Assembly (NCBI RefSeq): GCF_009914755.1
Contig: NC_060926.1
DNA from: the human T2T-CHM13v2.0 reference genome, Homo sapiens
Reading direction: 5' to 3' (one strand)
DNA: 64,000 bases
Below the pieces are notes generated by a model that saw nothing but the letters and a program-made list of their open reading frames with translations, made no database searches and was not told the DNA's origin. This document shows positions 1 through 14,666 of the stretch, piece after piece (the stretch's first letter is position 1; each line of letters opens with the position of its first letter). Both the position numbers and the translations under genes were made by a program.

Positions 1-93
1 TTTCTAGGTACAGCAGTGGGAACAACATAGGAGTGGATTAAAAGTATTGCGATCTGATCCATTCGAGAGTTGGGGTAAATTTGTAAGGAGATT

Positions 94-117
94 TGTGTGT
101 GTGTGTGTGTGTGTGTT
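94..117. repeat. (TG)n microsatellite
   Basis: About 12 TG units. Confidence 0.95.
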
Positions 118-1355
118 TGTATGGGACTCTTACTACATATTATATAGGTTTTAATGGTAGGAAAATAATAGTTCAGTGAAAAAAACTCTGTGTATCCAGA
201 GTTCTGTTTATATGAGATGGTAAAATCTGATTAAGTTTTCCACTAAAATAGATATTAACAACAATTTCTAATCTGAGTAATTCTATTTTCAGTTTTCCTT
301 GTGAATTTCTGGATTTAAATTATTTTTCTGCAAAATCACCATCATAAGTTTTCCACGTTTTTCTTCAAAATATGTGTAACAAAATAAAGATCCTGAAATA
401 TACCATCTACAGCCTAAGAACACCAAAATCACATAGAAGAGTAAAGCCCAGGTACATAGACCCTGCGTGATCTCCCATCTACAAATCCATGCTCCACTTT
501 TTTCAGTACCTCCAAAGTCTCCTGTCTGGTACTTTCACATTCTATAAGGCATAATTCAATTTTTTTCATCACCCAAAGTGACGATTGCTTTGAAGTCTTT
601 CTCCATCTTGTCATCATGTCTACATTTTTCTACAGTAATTAAAACTAACATTGTGTAGAATTATATTATCCATTTTAACTTTCCTAGCGAACTATGAGTT
701 TCCTGAGAACAAGGCCAATTTTTCCTTCTCGCCTTCCCCCAATTCCTAGTTCGCTGTTTTTTATGTTCCTTGAGGGCAGCATCACTTTTACTGACCACAA
801 AATGTGTGAAATAATGTTTTATATAAGCTATCACAAAAAATTAACCTTTATCTTACTTTGATTTAACACTTGGGGTGCAAGGAATGGAGAGTTAGCTCCT
901 TTCTATTTTAAGATCACCACGTTCTCTTCAAAAGGCAAAGGGAATAAACGTGATAGGCAAGATAAAATACAGTAGTGAAAATGTCCCCCTCTCCTTATAG
1001 TCCACATCACATATCCATTGAATGTGTGACCTAGTACTAGAAAACCAGAAAGGCAAGGCAGTGGACACAGAAGAAGCCATCAGAGGGAGTAAACCGGATT
1101 TCCAAGAAAGTGTGCATGTGCGTGGGTTTTAGATGCACAGAGGTGTGTGTAAAAGAGTAAACCTGTGTGACAGCTGCATTAAAGATAAAGATCTTGAGGA
1201 GTTTAGCAAAAGAAAAAAAGATAAGGTTATAGAGCAGTCATAGATGCAAGTGATCAATTTCTACTTAGAGTGTGGGAAGAATTTAAAAGTGGCTTTCAAG
1301 AAGATATGGTGCAGGCAATACACTTCTCCTTTTATAATTTTTCAAGAGACTTAGC

Positions 1356-1710
1356 TGTCTTAGTTTATTTGAACTGCTATAACAAAAATGCCATAAAATG
1401 GGTGGCTTATAAGCAACAGAAACTTATTTCTCACAACCTAGAGGCTGGGAATTCCAAGATCAAGGTGCCAGCAGATGTTGTCTGCTGAGAGACATCTTCC
1501 AATTCATAGATGTCATCTTCTATGTCCTCACATGTTGGAAAGGGTCATTTAGCTTTCTGTGTCCCTTTTATAAGGGCACTAATCTCATTCATGACAGCTC
1601 CACTGCCATGACTTAATCACCTGCCAAAGGCCCACCTTTTAACACTATCATATAGGAGACTAGATTTAAATGTATGGATTCTGGGTATCACAAATATTCA
1701 GGTTATAGCA
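1356..1710 (-). mobile_element. ERVL-MaLR solo LTR, MLT1A/MLT1A0-like
   Basis: TG...CA termini (tgtcttag...tatagca); characteristic ccaagatcaaggtgccagcagat and ataagggcactaatctcattcatga. Confidence 0.88.
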
Positions 1711-4176
1711 CTGAGGTAATGATTTAAATTCCTTTTCAATAACTTTTGGCTGTAAGGCTGGTGTTTTTTTGATTATGACTTAATGTGTGAAGCTGGCTTT
1801 AATGTTCAACCCAGCTTTATTTGGAATCCACAAAGATAAAGTATAAGACGGTAATGGATTATGCAAGGTCAGCATTTTGAGGGGCCACTTGGCCTCATGC
1901 AGTTGTAAAATACTTCAACTGATGTATAGCTATAGCGAAGGGTTCTTGTTACAAATTTGTTAAGTGACAGCACTGCTTGCAAAAAGAATCAGTTCTATAA
2001 ACATAGAAAGAAATAAGCACATCATGCTTATTTTAGGGTATAATATTATTAGTTAAATGCTGTAAAAACTAAAATGATTGTTAAATTGAATTAATAAAAG
2101 ATTCAATGAAGCTTAAAAATGACTTTCTGTCCTGATTTTGACACAACCCTGTGTTCTAGAAAATAATTCACTTCTCTAGGTTTCAGTCTCTTCATCTTAA
2201 CTTATATATTAAATATAACTAAATATAATAAATGAAACCAAATATATTCAAATATTTAGTAATAAATATTTAGTAATAAATTTCGTTAGCACTTAAAGTC
2301 AGTTTCCTTTCAGGGCTACAATTTTATAATTGGATAAGTGAATCGATAACTGAAAATAGGAGAAAATAGTTCAAGAGTAAAAATATTCTCTCAGACGCCA
2401 TGTATCTTCCATCTTATGTATACCAAAATGCTGCTAAAGTACAATGAATATTTGTAGCATCTATGTGAATTAACCAAGTTAGCCAAACTTTAGGTACTGT
2501 GGTTAGTTAGAATATGTAAATTTCAAATAGCAAAATAAAAAAATAGTTTTCTGTTCACAGAGAGCAACAAAAAATAGGTGCGATATGCACATATAAAAAA
2601 GCTTTTTTTTTTTTTAAATCAGCAGATGGACCCCTATATTTTAGAACATATCCACAATGGGATGTGTATATGTTTTTAGCAAGATGTGAAGCAATGCACA
2701 AGAGTATAAGTTACCAAATGTGTATTATACTACGGTATACTCTTTAGCACCTTCTAGTTTTTAAAAAGTCCCTTAATAAGAACCTGTGATATGCTATTAC
2801 TGTAAGTAAATTGATTTCAAGGGAGTAAGTAGTTCAGTAGACTCCATAGTTTATAGTTCCCTAATAATCATTAAGTACTTAAAATATCTGGTATAGTTTA
2901 CATAAACAACCATTTAACCTAAGTGTGTGCATGTGTGTATCCTTTAATTTTTTTCATTATATTTAAGAAGAAATCAATATCTAAAATGACCATACAGATG
3001 GGTCATATTTAACCAATGACTTAAATATTCTGAGAGTACCCATAGGGTTATATAGGCCTGAGTTAATTACTACCTCTGGCCTTAAACTGTACTCCAGTGG
3101 CTTCTAAGTTTATTCAGGTCCCAAATTTTCCCTTTTTGAAGTAAGAAAATACCTTTTTCAACATGTATTTTTTTGAACTGGAAAGGAGTTTAGTTAATGC
3201 TAACATTTAATGTTTAATATATGCAATGCTACATCTTCAACCATGTATAATGTGATTATTTTTACAAGGAGATTAGAAAACCCCTAGGTTTATTGCTAAA
3301 TTGCTGAGGATAGCATTTTTGGATTAAAATCCAACCCCAAAAAACAAAAGACATTACTATGTCAAGATCGCTCAGGATCCGATATGAAATTAGTTTGTAG
3401 TTCCATTCAATTCCTGGTGAATAGTCCTATATGTCAACAATTGTGAAAACCAAGGTGACATTAACTGGAATTCAGTGTGGGTGCCAGGTCTTAGTCCACT
3501 TAACTATTTTTTGTGTTCCAGACTTATTCCTTCTAAACCCAAATAAATAACATTTGTATTATACTGACATCCTCTTTTGCAGAAGTTCACAGAGTTCTAC
3601 AGACTTCTTTTATTTAGTTTTATGCAGAGGATATATAAATGATATTAAGGGAGAAATTTATCAGTTTTGTGGGATATTGATGGGCCAATCAAAGAATCCA
3701 GCCTCCTTGTTCTCAGTCACACTAAGACTCGGTAACAGTGTTTACCCAGATAACAATCTCTTCATTTTTACAGATGAAGGCAGAAAAGGAGTTTAAAGTA
3801 AACCAAAGCAGAAGTAGAATGTCCTGAGTACATTCATGTTAATCCAGGGAGCAAGGTAAAGCTGTCACTTTCATTATTCACATGACCACGAAAATAAATT
3901 GTATTTTTTTTTTTTTACAAATTCTATTCTTCCAATGTGATATTAATTATAACTATAGGCATTTACCTTTATGGTGAATCTATTTGTTCCACTAAATGAT
4001 CCATAGGCCTCCTACTATGATGGAGACAAAAAGATCTTGAATACAAAATTCAATCTAATTATTGGCTATGAAACTAAATGTTTATATTATCTCATTTACA
4101 CATAAGTTTGTCAGCTCTACATTACCTATTCCACAGAGGCCTTACAAAGTCATGGAAGATAGCAGATGTAAACTTC

Positions 4177-4411
4177 TATTTTATTTATTTATTAAACTTG
4201 TATTTTAAATTCAGAAGGTGCATGTGTGCATTTGTTACCTGGTATATTGCATAATGATGAAGTTTGGGGTATGCATGACCCCATCACCCAGGTACTGAGC
4301 ATAGTACCTAATAGTTTTTTAACCCTTTCTCCTCTCCCTTTCTCCCCTCTAGAAGTCCCCAGTTTCTATTGTTGACATCTTCATGACCATGAGTACTTAA
4401 TGTTTAGTTCC
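4177..4411 (-). mobile_element. L1PA15/16-like 3' end
   Basis: T-rich tail then gtgcatgtgtgcatttgttacctggtatattgcat...ccatcacccaggtactgagcatagtacc, reverse complement of an L1PA 3'UTR. Confidence 0.85.
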
Positions 4412-7400
4412 AAAATCTGATGGAGTGACTTTATAATCGCTGATCCTTATAAGTGTCTATTTGTATATTTAGACAGTCCACTGGACTATCACAGTCTACA
4501 GTTTGCTGTAATTATCATTGCAAAAAAAAAACAAACCCCGGTTTACCAACAGTCCTGCTGTATTTATTTTGCCTGGTACACAACTGGGATTCCTAATACT
4601 TGCAACTCCTCTATTAGAATGTAAGCACTTTGAGGGATGATTCTTTATGCATAACATCAAAAATTACCTATTTCATAAGAAAACCTTCACACATATATGG
4701 TGAAAACAATAATCGTTGAAAACTGGATTTCCTTGTAAAGCCTTTCTTTCTTACTTTTAAAATAATATAGGTCCATGATTCTTTAGTCAAATGCTCTTGA
4801 CCTATTTCAAATATGAGAAAGGAAATTACATGTATTTGTATTTATAAAGAAAGCATTGCATTTAATTTTATGATATAATACATGTGCAAAAAAAGAAGCA
4901 ACAGTTTACTTTTGTGTACTATTTGGAATAGCAATTAAATTTTTTAGCAATTAAAATTTTAAGGTAGATTACTTGACTTTAAAATTATTTAGAAAATCAT
5001 ATATGGTGCTTTTCAATTGAAAGACATGAAATGTACAGCTAAATAGATCTCCACATTTTAAAACTTAAGTGAGCTAGTATGTATTTTGAAGGACAGCAAA
5101 ATGATTTAATGTCAGCATACACAGAGCTATCTACTGAAAAAATATGCTACCACAAAAATAAGAAAGTACATTTTAAAACCATGTAATTACCATCAAACTA
5201 AGAAGTTAGAAGTTACTTGTTTAAAGTTGAATCTAGCTCGATATAAAGAGTCTATATTCCAATTCTGAAGCACTCATTTTTTTAAATATGGCATTCAGAA
5301 TAAGTAAGACATGGTGTACACATGTAAATAATGTATCGACAACAGATTGAGTTTTTATAGGTCTTGGCTCCCTTTACAATCGTGTCATGAGAATAAATCA
5401 CATGATGTCACTTTTGCTTCTTACAAGTCTCCTCTGAAAATGAAGCATCAAAGTCTAATATTCTTTCTTGTATAAATGCTCTCACTTTTTAATGTTTTGA
5501 AGAACAAGAATAAGCTAGAGAAAATCCAGCTGTCTTTTACAGACCTCTAATAATGCCAGGAAATGAAGAGTGTGTGGTTATTTTTCAGCCCATATTCCTC
5601 TACCACACAGCACCACACTAACAGTTACCTGCTAAAAGGTGAAGGAAGAAAGAAATTTGCTGGAGATTGGATCCAGAAAATATGTTTTCAACAAAAATTT
5701 CCAGTGCTTTGGGGGACATTATCAAGAGTGCCAAATACATTTAGACATTACTGAATCTTAAATCTTTGTTGATGTTTTTAAATAAAATAAATTCATTTGT
5801 AAATATTCAAAAATGTTTACAATACTTCAAAGTGTAATGTTGCATTAAAAATATATATTTGAATTGCTAAGTCTGTGCTGTAGTTTCAGAAATTACTTAG
5901 AAGTAGATATTACTGGAAACTGTCTGCTTTGGAGATTTTTTAAATGGCTCTTTAATTTGTTTTCGAATTAGAGAACATGTTTTACTATCCATAAAAATAC
6001 CCAAATGTGTACCCATTTTCAATTTTAGGACTTCATTGCAAAACAAAATATAGAATAAATAAAATCTGAATTCTACATTTTAAGAAGTCTGATTTCATTG
6101 TATGTAACAGAAACAAAGGTAATAAAATAAATGAAATTGCTCTTTACATTATTATCATTCAGAACAGTAGAGCCAGAATAAATAGATGCATAACATATTG
6201 AGATAAAATGTAAATTCAATCTTAAACTTAAAGTTAACCTTAATTGACTTGATGCCTCACGTTATTCTGAGAAATCTCAATGGACTAAGCCATGGATAAA
6301 TGAGAAATCAAAGCAGAAATGTTTTCTAAGCAACACTACTGATCATTTTCAAAAGACACAATTTCAAAATTAGATAATTCATTTTTGTTAATTTGAGGAG
6401 TTGTTCCTAAATTAGAACTCCATTTTCTCCTCTGCACATACAGCATTGACTCTTGACAGTATCAATGATTCTTCAATAAATGGACAGGCAACTAACTCTC
6501 AGGCAATAACTTGGTGCATTTCTGCCTGAAAACATTATTCATATAGAATAAAAATGAGAATAGCACAAGTTGATATCCAGTACATAATGTACACTTCATC
6601 TAATCTTCTGTCATATTTCACATCTGTAATGCTGGGAAAACTCATTATTCAACAGCAATGCATGTGTAAAACCAAATTAAATGTGATTCCTTGATCTTAC
6701 TGAGATATTTCAATATACATTCTTCCCTTGGTGGCCACTGTCCCAGTGGGCTTTACCTTCAAAGAGTTTATAATCTAATTGCAACAGTAGTTTAAAATGA
6801 TGACCAGGAGGCAATAAATTTTCAAAAGGCTACAAACCTATTTTATACAAAGTCCTTTATGTAACATTGCAGACAGATATTATCATTACAATATTAACAT
6901 GAGTTGGAGGATAAAATATTTTCCACTTAAATTTCAAACCAATTTGATAAAATTAATTGATAATTTATGATAAGAAAGGCACCTTCTCTATATTTCCTTC
7001 AGAAGCTTATTTATCCCATGTTATATAAAAATCGTTCATGCTATTTTAAGTATTCGCAATCCCAAATCGAACTAATGGTCATTTAGATTTTCTAACACTG
7101 CATCTCTATTGACAAATTGCATTTGCCAGACCAAATTCTTCTCTTGGCCTTCATTCTTAGGCTTAGACATCAAGTGGTAATAATAAACCCCTTTCTTCAA
7201 TCTTCAAAATAATTAGTTTGCTCAAGTGCCTTATTTTAGATAAAAGAATAATATAGTACCCCTCAGAATTAGTTCTGTTTCTAAATAATTTTAAAATTCT
7301 AAATTTCCCATAGCATTTAAATTACCCATAGTAAAAAGTACATCAATGATTGGAAAGTTTCTATGGCAACAACCTCATTAGAACACCCCTCCTGGAATAG

Positions 7401-10400
7401 TAACCTGGATTCTAAGTGTTAGAAAGATGTCAATTGTAATAGAGCCTGGTTCACAATAGAATTTTCATCTTTATATCAAAGAAATTGTTGATTCTAATTT
7501 CACAAACAATGCAAATGTTGCCACAATGACTGTAAGTGGGGTTTTCTACATTTATAAACATTCATTTTCCTTGATAAGAGCATTGTATTTTTTACACTAA
7601 ATTTAAGGATACTTGGTTTTGTATTACCCATCTAAAATTAGATCTACGTTTGAAACCTGGAAGGAAGTGTAGGGTTTGTTGTTTATACAAGTAAGTGGCT
7701 TCTCCGTGAGATATCAGGGGGCCCAAGGCATCACGCTGCAATGCTTGGAGAGCACCAATGCTCTATGAAGTTACCATTACTGCAGTCAAAAATCCATTAG
7801 CGTTGACACCACTCTGTCAACATTTTATTCCTTGGGGAGAAGCAACACCAACATCCAGAGTCAGTTCCTGAAGTGAATACCAGCTTTTAGAAACTAACAT
7901 CTGCTGAGCCCCAGTGCTCCAGCTGCCAAGGAAAGCAGATTTTCAAAAGTAAATTCTGCCCCTTTCATTTCTTTGGGAAGTGGGCATTCAGTGACTGAAA
8001 TCAATTAATGCTTATTTATGATTCATTTTAACTCTGTGATTTAGAAACTATAATTGACAGAAATAATGAATGACTACAATACATTTTGGAGGCCAGATTG
8101 CATTTTAAAACAAGTGAAGATAATTGTAAGTGAAAAATAAAAGAAAACTGCATACCTCTGTAAATGAGTCATTAACAATTCACCTTTCAAACCAGTGAAG
8201 AAATCCTGATGATAATAACCAAGCTGCTTTAAGGATTCTTTAAGATGATAATAAAATTAAACTGATAGATTGATCTGGGTTGTTTTCAAGCTATTTCAAA
8301 TTTAGCTTTCTTCTTTTAAGGGCTCCTTGTCCCCACACACGTTTCCCCTTCCTTTTGCTTTGAGAACAGAGGAACTCAAAGATGAAGGGAGAGAGGGAAG
8401 GAGGAAGGGGACAAGGAAAAGAAAGAGAAAGGAAGAGAGGGAAAGAGGAGTTCTCAATCAAATAAATCATATCGCACAGGTACAATTATTTTAAAATTGT
8501 TTTTCTCCTGATTGAGCTCTCCCCACTTGCTGTTTTTGTGAGTGAACTAGAGGGAAAGGTAGAAATAAGTGTGCTAACAGGCTGCAGAGTTTGTACATAA
8601 AGGAATAAAGGATCAACTGTAGGCTGATTCATTCTCAAACAGTGGTGATTGCTCTGGTGATTTGGACCACAGCCAGGCTGGATATCCTTGGCATTGTAGG
8701 TTGGCAATTAAACACTCTCAAATGCAACTTCATAATCATTCACATAGTAAAAAAAGTTATTGCTTTGGGAAAAGTTTAGGTAACATGTGAGTTACACAGG
8801 TGATCTACATGATTTGGACTGAAGCTGGCCACACTCACACTTAATAAAAATGGAATATAAGACATGTTAGTATGTCTATCTCTCTGCATATGTTACGTAT
8901 ATTTTGATATAAAGCAAATGTTTGACATATTTTGCATATGTTAGACATATTCAGATATAAAACATATATTCATATATCCTGATGATATAGGATTCTAGAT
9001 GACTCTTACAGTCCTAAAGACTCCAAATGAAGCTATTACTTAAGGTAGACATAGATTGGAAGTTTAATATTGTATTGATGCTATTAAGAAAACTATTTTT
9101 AACTGTTTCTTCTAGAATTACCTTTAGACACAACCTATCACTTAAAAAATCAGGCTCAAACTTTGAAAGTCAAAACCAAAATGACAAGTCTAATCACTCA
9201 CTTCATTCAGAGATCTTAACTTTATATGGTTTCTGATTATTTTTAAAAATTAGGGTTATATTTTAGAAATCAAGATATGAAAGTATCACGTTTAATAGAA
9301 AATGCCGTAGGCTCTGAAGGCATTCCAAAATAAGAATTCCAAAAATGTTCTGAGAACATAAACCATTACTTGAACAAGCTTTTAGCCTCCCATTGGCTCT
9401 GAGATAGTATGGAGAGAGAAAACTTACATGGTTCTTTTAGTTCTGAGATGTTAAATAATAAAACTCTGATAGTGCTTTATCGTCATATCACTACATTTTA
9501 TTAAGTATTAATGTAGTCTCTCTGGGATGCTACATTATGATAGTATAGTGAGAAAACAAAAGACGTAGACATTGCAAGATCTGAATTCTAGTCTCTCTCT
9601 GCAGTGCTTTAACACTTACTGGCTGTTGAACTGTATTTGAAAATGCATTTTAAAGTCTAAAGCAGCGTCTCAAAACATTAGCCTTATGCATGTTACAGCC
9701 ACATGCATTGTGAACCAATTTGTACCCCAATCACAAATCTCCTCTAATTCCTCATTAAATGCCTGAAAATGACACAGACACACACACACACAAAAGAAAA
9801 CATGACGATTCCTCTATTGAGTACTTCTTTGTATTAAACTTGAGTTTGTATCAGACAAATTCACTTAAGATCTGGCAGCCATTCCTTTGGAGACAAATGT
9901 CAGGGCTAGGTTCCTATCTCCTAGGAACCTAGGAAAGAATGAAACTGCTGATATAAGTATTTTGAAAGTATCTAAAATGAATTACACTGGGAGGCAAAGG
10001 TGAAAAAATTAAAATAAAATAAAAAAAAAAAAGTAATTACATTCTTAAAATTACTTAAAGAAAATGTGGATTCATAATTTGGCTACTGAAAATAAAAGTT
10101 AGAATGCAAATCTTTTGCTATGAAACTCGTGCCACAAAATTGGGTCATGGAAGATCTAGAAAACAGAATCAGATACTTTACATATATAAAAAAATTGTCT
10201 CCCTAAATTTATTCTATGTGTCCAAGTCAGGTATAATGCAAAAACTCATAACCATAACAAAATAAAAATATTAGCAAAAACTAAGTGTTCACATTTTAAA
10301 AGCTAAAAATCTTACCTTTTAAAATATAATTAATGTGGACAAAAATAACTAAGAATAATTTGGTGGTTGGTTAAGCACTATTTTAATTACTCCTTGAATT

Positions 10401-12369
10401 TCTGGGCTTTGTCTTCTAGGTATCACTGTATAAATATAATTTTTCTTTCTTAATCATGAAGAAAGGATAAACATGATCCTCTAGTGTGAAGGTGACTTTG
10501 TATTTGGGTGAGCAGAATTTTCCTGCTAAGTCTCACTACTTTAAGATTTGTAAAAATCAAAGGGTTAAGTAATGTTTTTGCTATTTTAAATATTACATAT
10601 TTTAGTATTTGAAGGATTTTGCTAACAAGTTATCCACATTATACTTTATCAACCTTAATTTTCATCTAGATTAAAATAATCATGCAAATTATTCATATTA
10701 AATTATGAGATTAATTTGTGTAAATTAATTTAGTAAATTATTTGCATAAACTTCTTTTCTTATTATGCATTAGCTTTAGTCCCTGAGAACCCATAAGACC
10801 AAACTGTTAACTCAATGTATATATACAAGTCTATCAATTGTCCTTTGAATATAAAAGCTACTGTTTATCATTTTTTTCTCTCTGTGATGAGCCTAGTTTT
10901 ATAATGGGCATTCTTATAATCACTTTTTCCTTAATAAAGAAACCTAACTCTAACCTTTATGTTCTTTGGTATGTGAAAGGACACACTTTGAGTTTAAAGT
11001 GTTTATTAGTTTTTGGCAGTCACCAAGGAAGCTGACTAGTCACTTGTAATGTACAAATTTTGCAGTTAAAAAATAAAAAAGAAAGAAGTCTTGGCCAAAC
11101 AATGAAATGACAAAAGGGCATTTTTGTCTTTCCCAAATACCATTTAACATTCTAATCTTGTAAAAGATGACCCAATGATTTTTCATGAATTAAATATATT
11201 CAGAATAGCAAAATATTTTAAGCTAGAATATATCACAAAATGCAATAAGGACAATATGCTAAATAAATGGCATTTCTGACCTCATACTATTGGCTGATTC
11301 TTACCTACCGTGTATAAGAAAAAGCCAAATTAAATATTGTGCCAATCCAGGATTCATTAGCAGAACGTGTCAGCTGTGTAAAACCTTCCTCACAAGTGTC
11401 TGATCAGTACTCTGGTGCATACTTGTTGAGCTTCATTTACAAGATTGTCAGAAAACTAAATGTATTTTCACAGTACCTTCCAAATCTTTAATCAAGCAAC
11501 ATCTAATGAAGCCAAAAGACAATTTTTCAATTCTTTTCCACTTCCTTTTTCTTCCAAGAGGATATTTATGAACGTAGAAAAAAGATGACACACACCTTAG
11601 TGGTGCGGAAGAGGGATATCTATAATCCACATATTACCAAATGAGAAGTTCAAGTGCTATTCTTCACTTCAAGGGGAACTGGAAGGAAGGATTTGTTTTA
11701 TTACAGGTCTACTAATGCCAACTCTAAATCCCCATTCTTTTACGGGAGAGTTTATAAAATCCCTCTTCCACTTGTGAAAAGGAAGCTCTCACAATACTGA
11801 TGCATAAAATGACATTTATTGACATTAAAAGCCTCATCAGTTATTTCTCAGCAGTCTTTATTCCTTTTGCAGAGGGGTTTATTGTGCTGTTTGGCATGAA
11901 GGAAACTGGCACCCTTTGATTTAGCAAAGATTGGCCTGAAACCAATGCTCCAAATAGTTTCTTTAAAGCTGGCCATTTTCCAAATATTGGATTGAGTCCT
12001 GTGAGTGTTTATATAAGATGGAGATAAGTTTGATACAATGCAGAATCATAAAGGTATTTTTTTGACATTCTGCTTTGCACTTAACTCATTAGTACTGTGT
12101 TTGCATTGGAGCTTCTAATAGGCTGCAGTGTAGTCAAAACCTGTCTCTCTTCAGCTCACCAGAGTTACTTTACTTGGGTCTCATTCCAGGAAATAGTAAC
12201 CACATATTTTCTGAAACATTTTCTCAGCCTTATACTTAACCAAGCCTTAAAAATGCGAGCAGTAAACAACTCATGTCTTCTTTATGTAAACATCTGAAGA
12301 GCTTCATATTGTCTTTACCTATCAGAAGCTCTCCAATCAATTTTCTTCAAGACCAGTTGTGAAGATCTT

Positions 12370-12790
12370 TGGTTACATTTATTCATCTGTCTCAAATGTC
12401 CTAACATGTTCCAGACACTACACATCAGATATAGAAATGAAATATACTCACTACCCTCAAGGAGTTCACAGTCTAAGAGAAAAAATGTCAGCACTGGACA
12501 ACAATCACAGCACTTGTTGGCAAACACTGTGAGGGAAGGAGGCTCATAGGCTGATGTGCATCATAGGCTGAGGTGCAAAGGCGGGAAAGGCTACTGAACA
12601 AACCTGAATGGAGGTGAAACCAAAAAGGAGAGCAAATTATAGGTCATCACTATCCCCAGATGTCCTGCCAAGGAACGTTTCATTTTATTCTAAAAGCAAC
12701 TGAAAACCATTAAAGAGTTTTAGACAGATCTCTTTGGGTTTCTAAAAAGGTCATTCTAATTTCAGGGTGCCAAATGGATTGGACATCCTA
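12370..12790 (-). mobile_element. L2 3' fragment
   Basis: ccctcaaggagttcacagtctaag is the reverse complement of the L2 3'-end core; degenerate. Confidence 0.6.
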
Positions 12791-13799
12791 GTTCTTTTCA
12801 ATTAACAAAATTGTATACATATCTACCTCTGGCTTTAACAACAATGATGTGTCATTTCTCATTGACACATCCCATTAAATAGGGCTAGATATGGCTAATA
12901 TCATACTTTTCACTGTTAACTCTTACATGGCTGTATAGTTCACAAAATGTAGAATTTTGGAAAAATCACAGATTGAAATGACTATTTTCTATGGAATTTT
13001 CTGCTTATGGTTGATGAATTAGTTATCAGTCTTAAGCTGATAAACATGGTTCACAAGGAGATCAGCTAAAATGATTTAATTGGTCCAAGCTTGCAGATTT
13101 GTAGAGAAAATTAATTAGCACTGAAGATTTGTATTTTTTAAAACAAACCAAAACTCTGTTTATATTTTGAAAACTTCTTCAGGGTCTAGATTTTAAATTA
13201 ATTCCACTACCTAGCAGTGATTCTTTTTTGTTTATACTTCAATTATTAATATACGTATTTTAGTAGGAAATTTATTTTAAATAATAATGTCTAAATTTAC
13301 ATGTTCCTTAAGGTTGTATACTCCTCTGATAATGTAAGTCTAAATTAGATAAAATATCATTTAACCCTGTTTTCTAAAAGTACTTAGGTTTATAAACAAT
13401 GAAAGTTGAAGTTTCACAGTATTTCATCTCTACTTTTCTTACGGCATTTAACACCACAAAACAATGAACTGCTGGATTACTGGTACACATACTCCCTGCT
13501 CTTCTCAAGCCCTATGTCTACCACACTTGCTTTACTCTGCAGCCTTAGCTATGATTTTTCATTATAGTGTCATTCACACATTTTTCAAAGTACAATTTTA
13601 TTTAGTATATCTGTAAGAAGTGTTTTTGAAATAATGAATTTGTCCTTCAGTTAAATTTTCCTGCCATCTATAGAAGCAAGTTAAGGAAACAAGAATTAAA
13701 CAAAAGAAATAAAGATTGCAAAATTGGATAATTTTTTAAAATCACAAAAGTTAAGTGACTTTGATTATTACTATTGTGGAATAATTAAGTTTTAATTCT

Positions 13800-14010
13800 G
13801 TAAAGTGCTGCAAAATTTGTAAAGCACTTTCATTATCTTATTCAATTTTGAAACAACCTCATGTCATAAGCTGTAATTAGTTACATTTTGCAGATACAAA
13901 ATCTCAGTTTTGAAGAAATTAAGTGACTTGTTCAGAGTTTCTCCACTAGAAAATAGTAGAATAAAAAGCCTGAACACAAACCTAAATCTTTGGCTTCAGG
14001 GCCAATCTAT
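13800..14010 (-). mobile_element. MIR
   Basis: cattttgcagat...aaattaagtgacttgttcagag MIR core, reverse orientation. Confidence 0.65.
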
Positions 14011-14666
14011 ACTCCATTATAAATTCTATGTCATTAAGATATAAAATATATCAGATTTTAAAATATTTCCTTTTTTGTCACTTGGAATATGCCATTGCCC
14101 ACTGCAAACATCCTCTTGCCTCCCCACACCTCACCCAAAAATGCTGGAGCAATTTAATATGAGGTTAAGACAAAGTCTAGAGTATAATAATCAGTGGTAA
14201 TAATGATGACCTTGAAAAATCTGATAACAATACAAAATTTTTAAAAGTTGAAGGTTATATTATGTCTCATATCTAGGCAATGCTATGCAACAATTATTGT
14301 ATCCTGCTTTTTAAAAAATTAATGACATTTTTATGTGATCACATGTTAGCTCTCATTTAGCTAAAATAATTAATGGGACAAATATACATGAGCATAAAGG
14401 CATATGTTATAAAAATAATTATAACATTATACATATTTAATATAAAGCTTCATATTTAAGACAAAAATGTATATATAAAATTCATATGTTTTTTGCCTTA
14501 ATTATAAGTGCATTTTATGAGTGAGTTCTGCTTAGTTGTTTAATTCTGTGAGATGAGAAAAAATGTTGATATATTTCACAATATAAAAATTGACATTTAA
14601 AAACAAGTTCTATTTATTACAACAGTTTCTGGGTTAAAATAAAATTATACTGCTCAAAAAGGTTGA

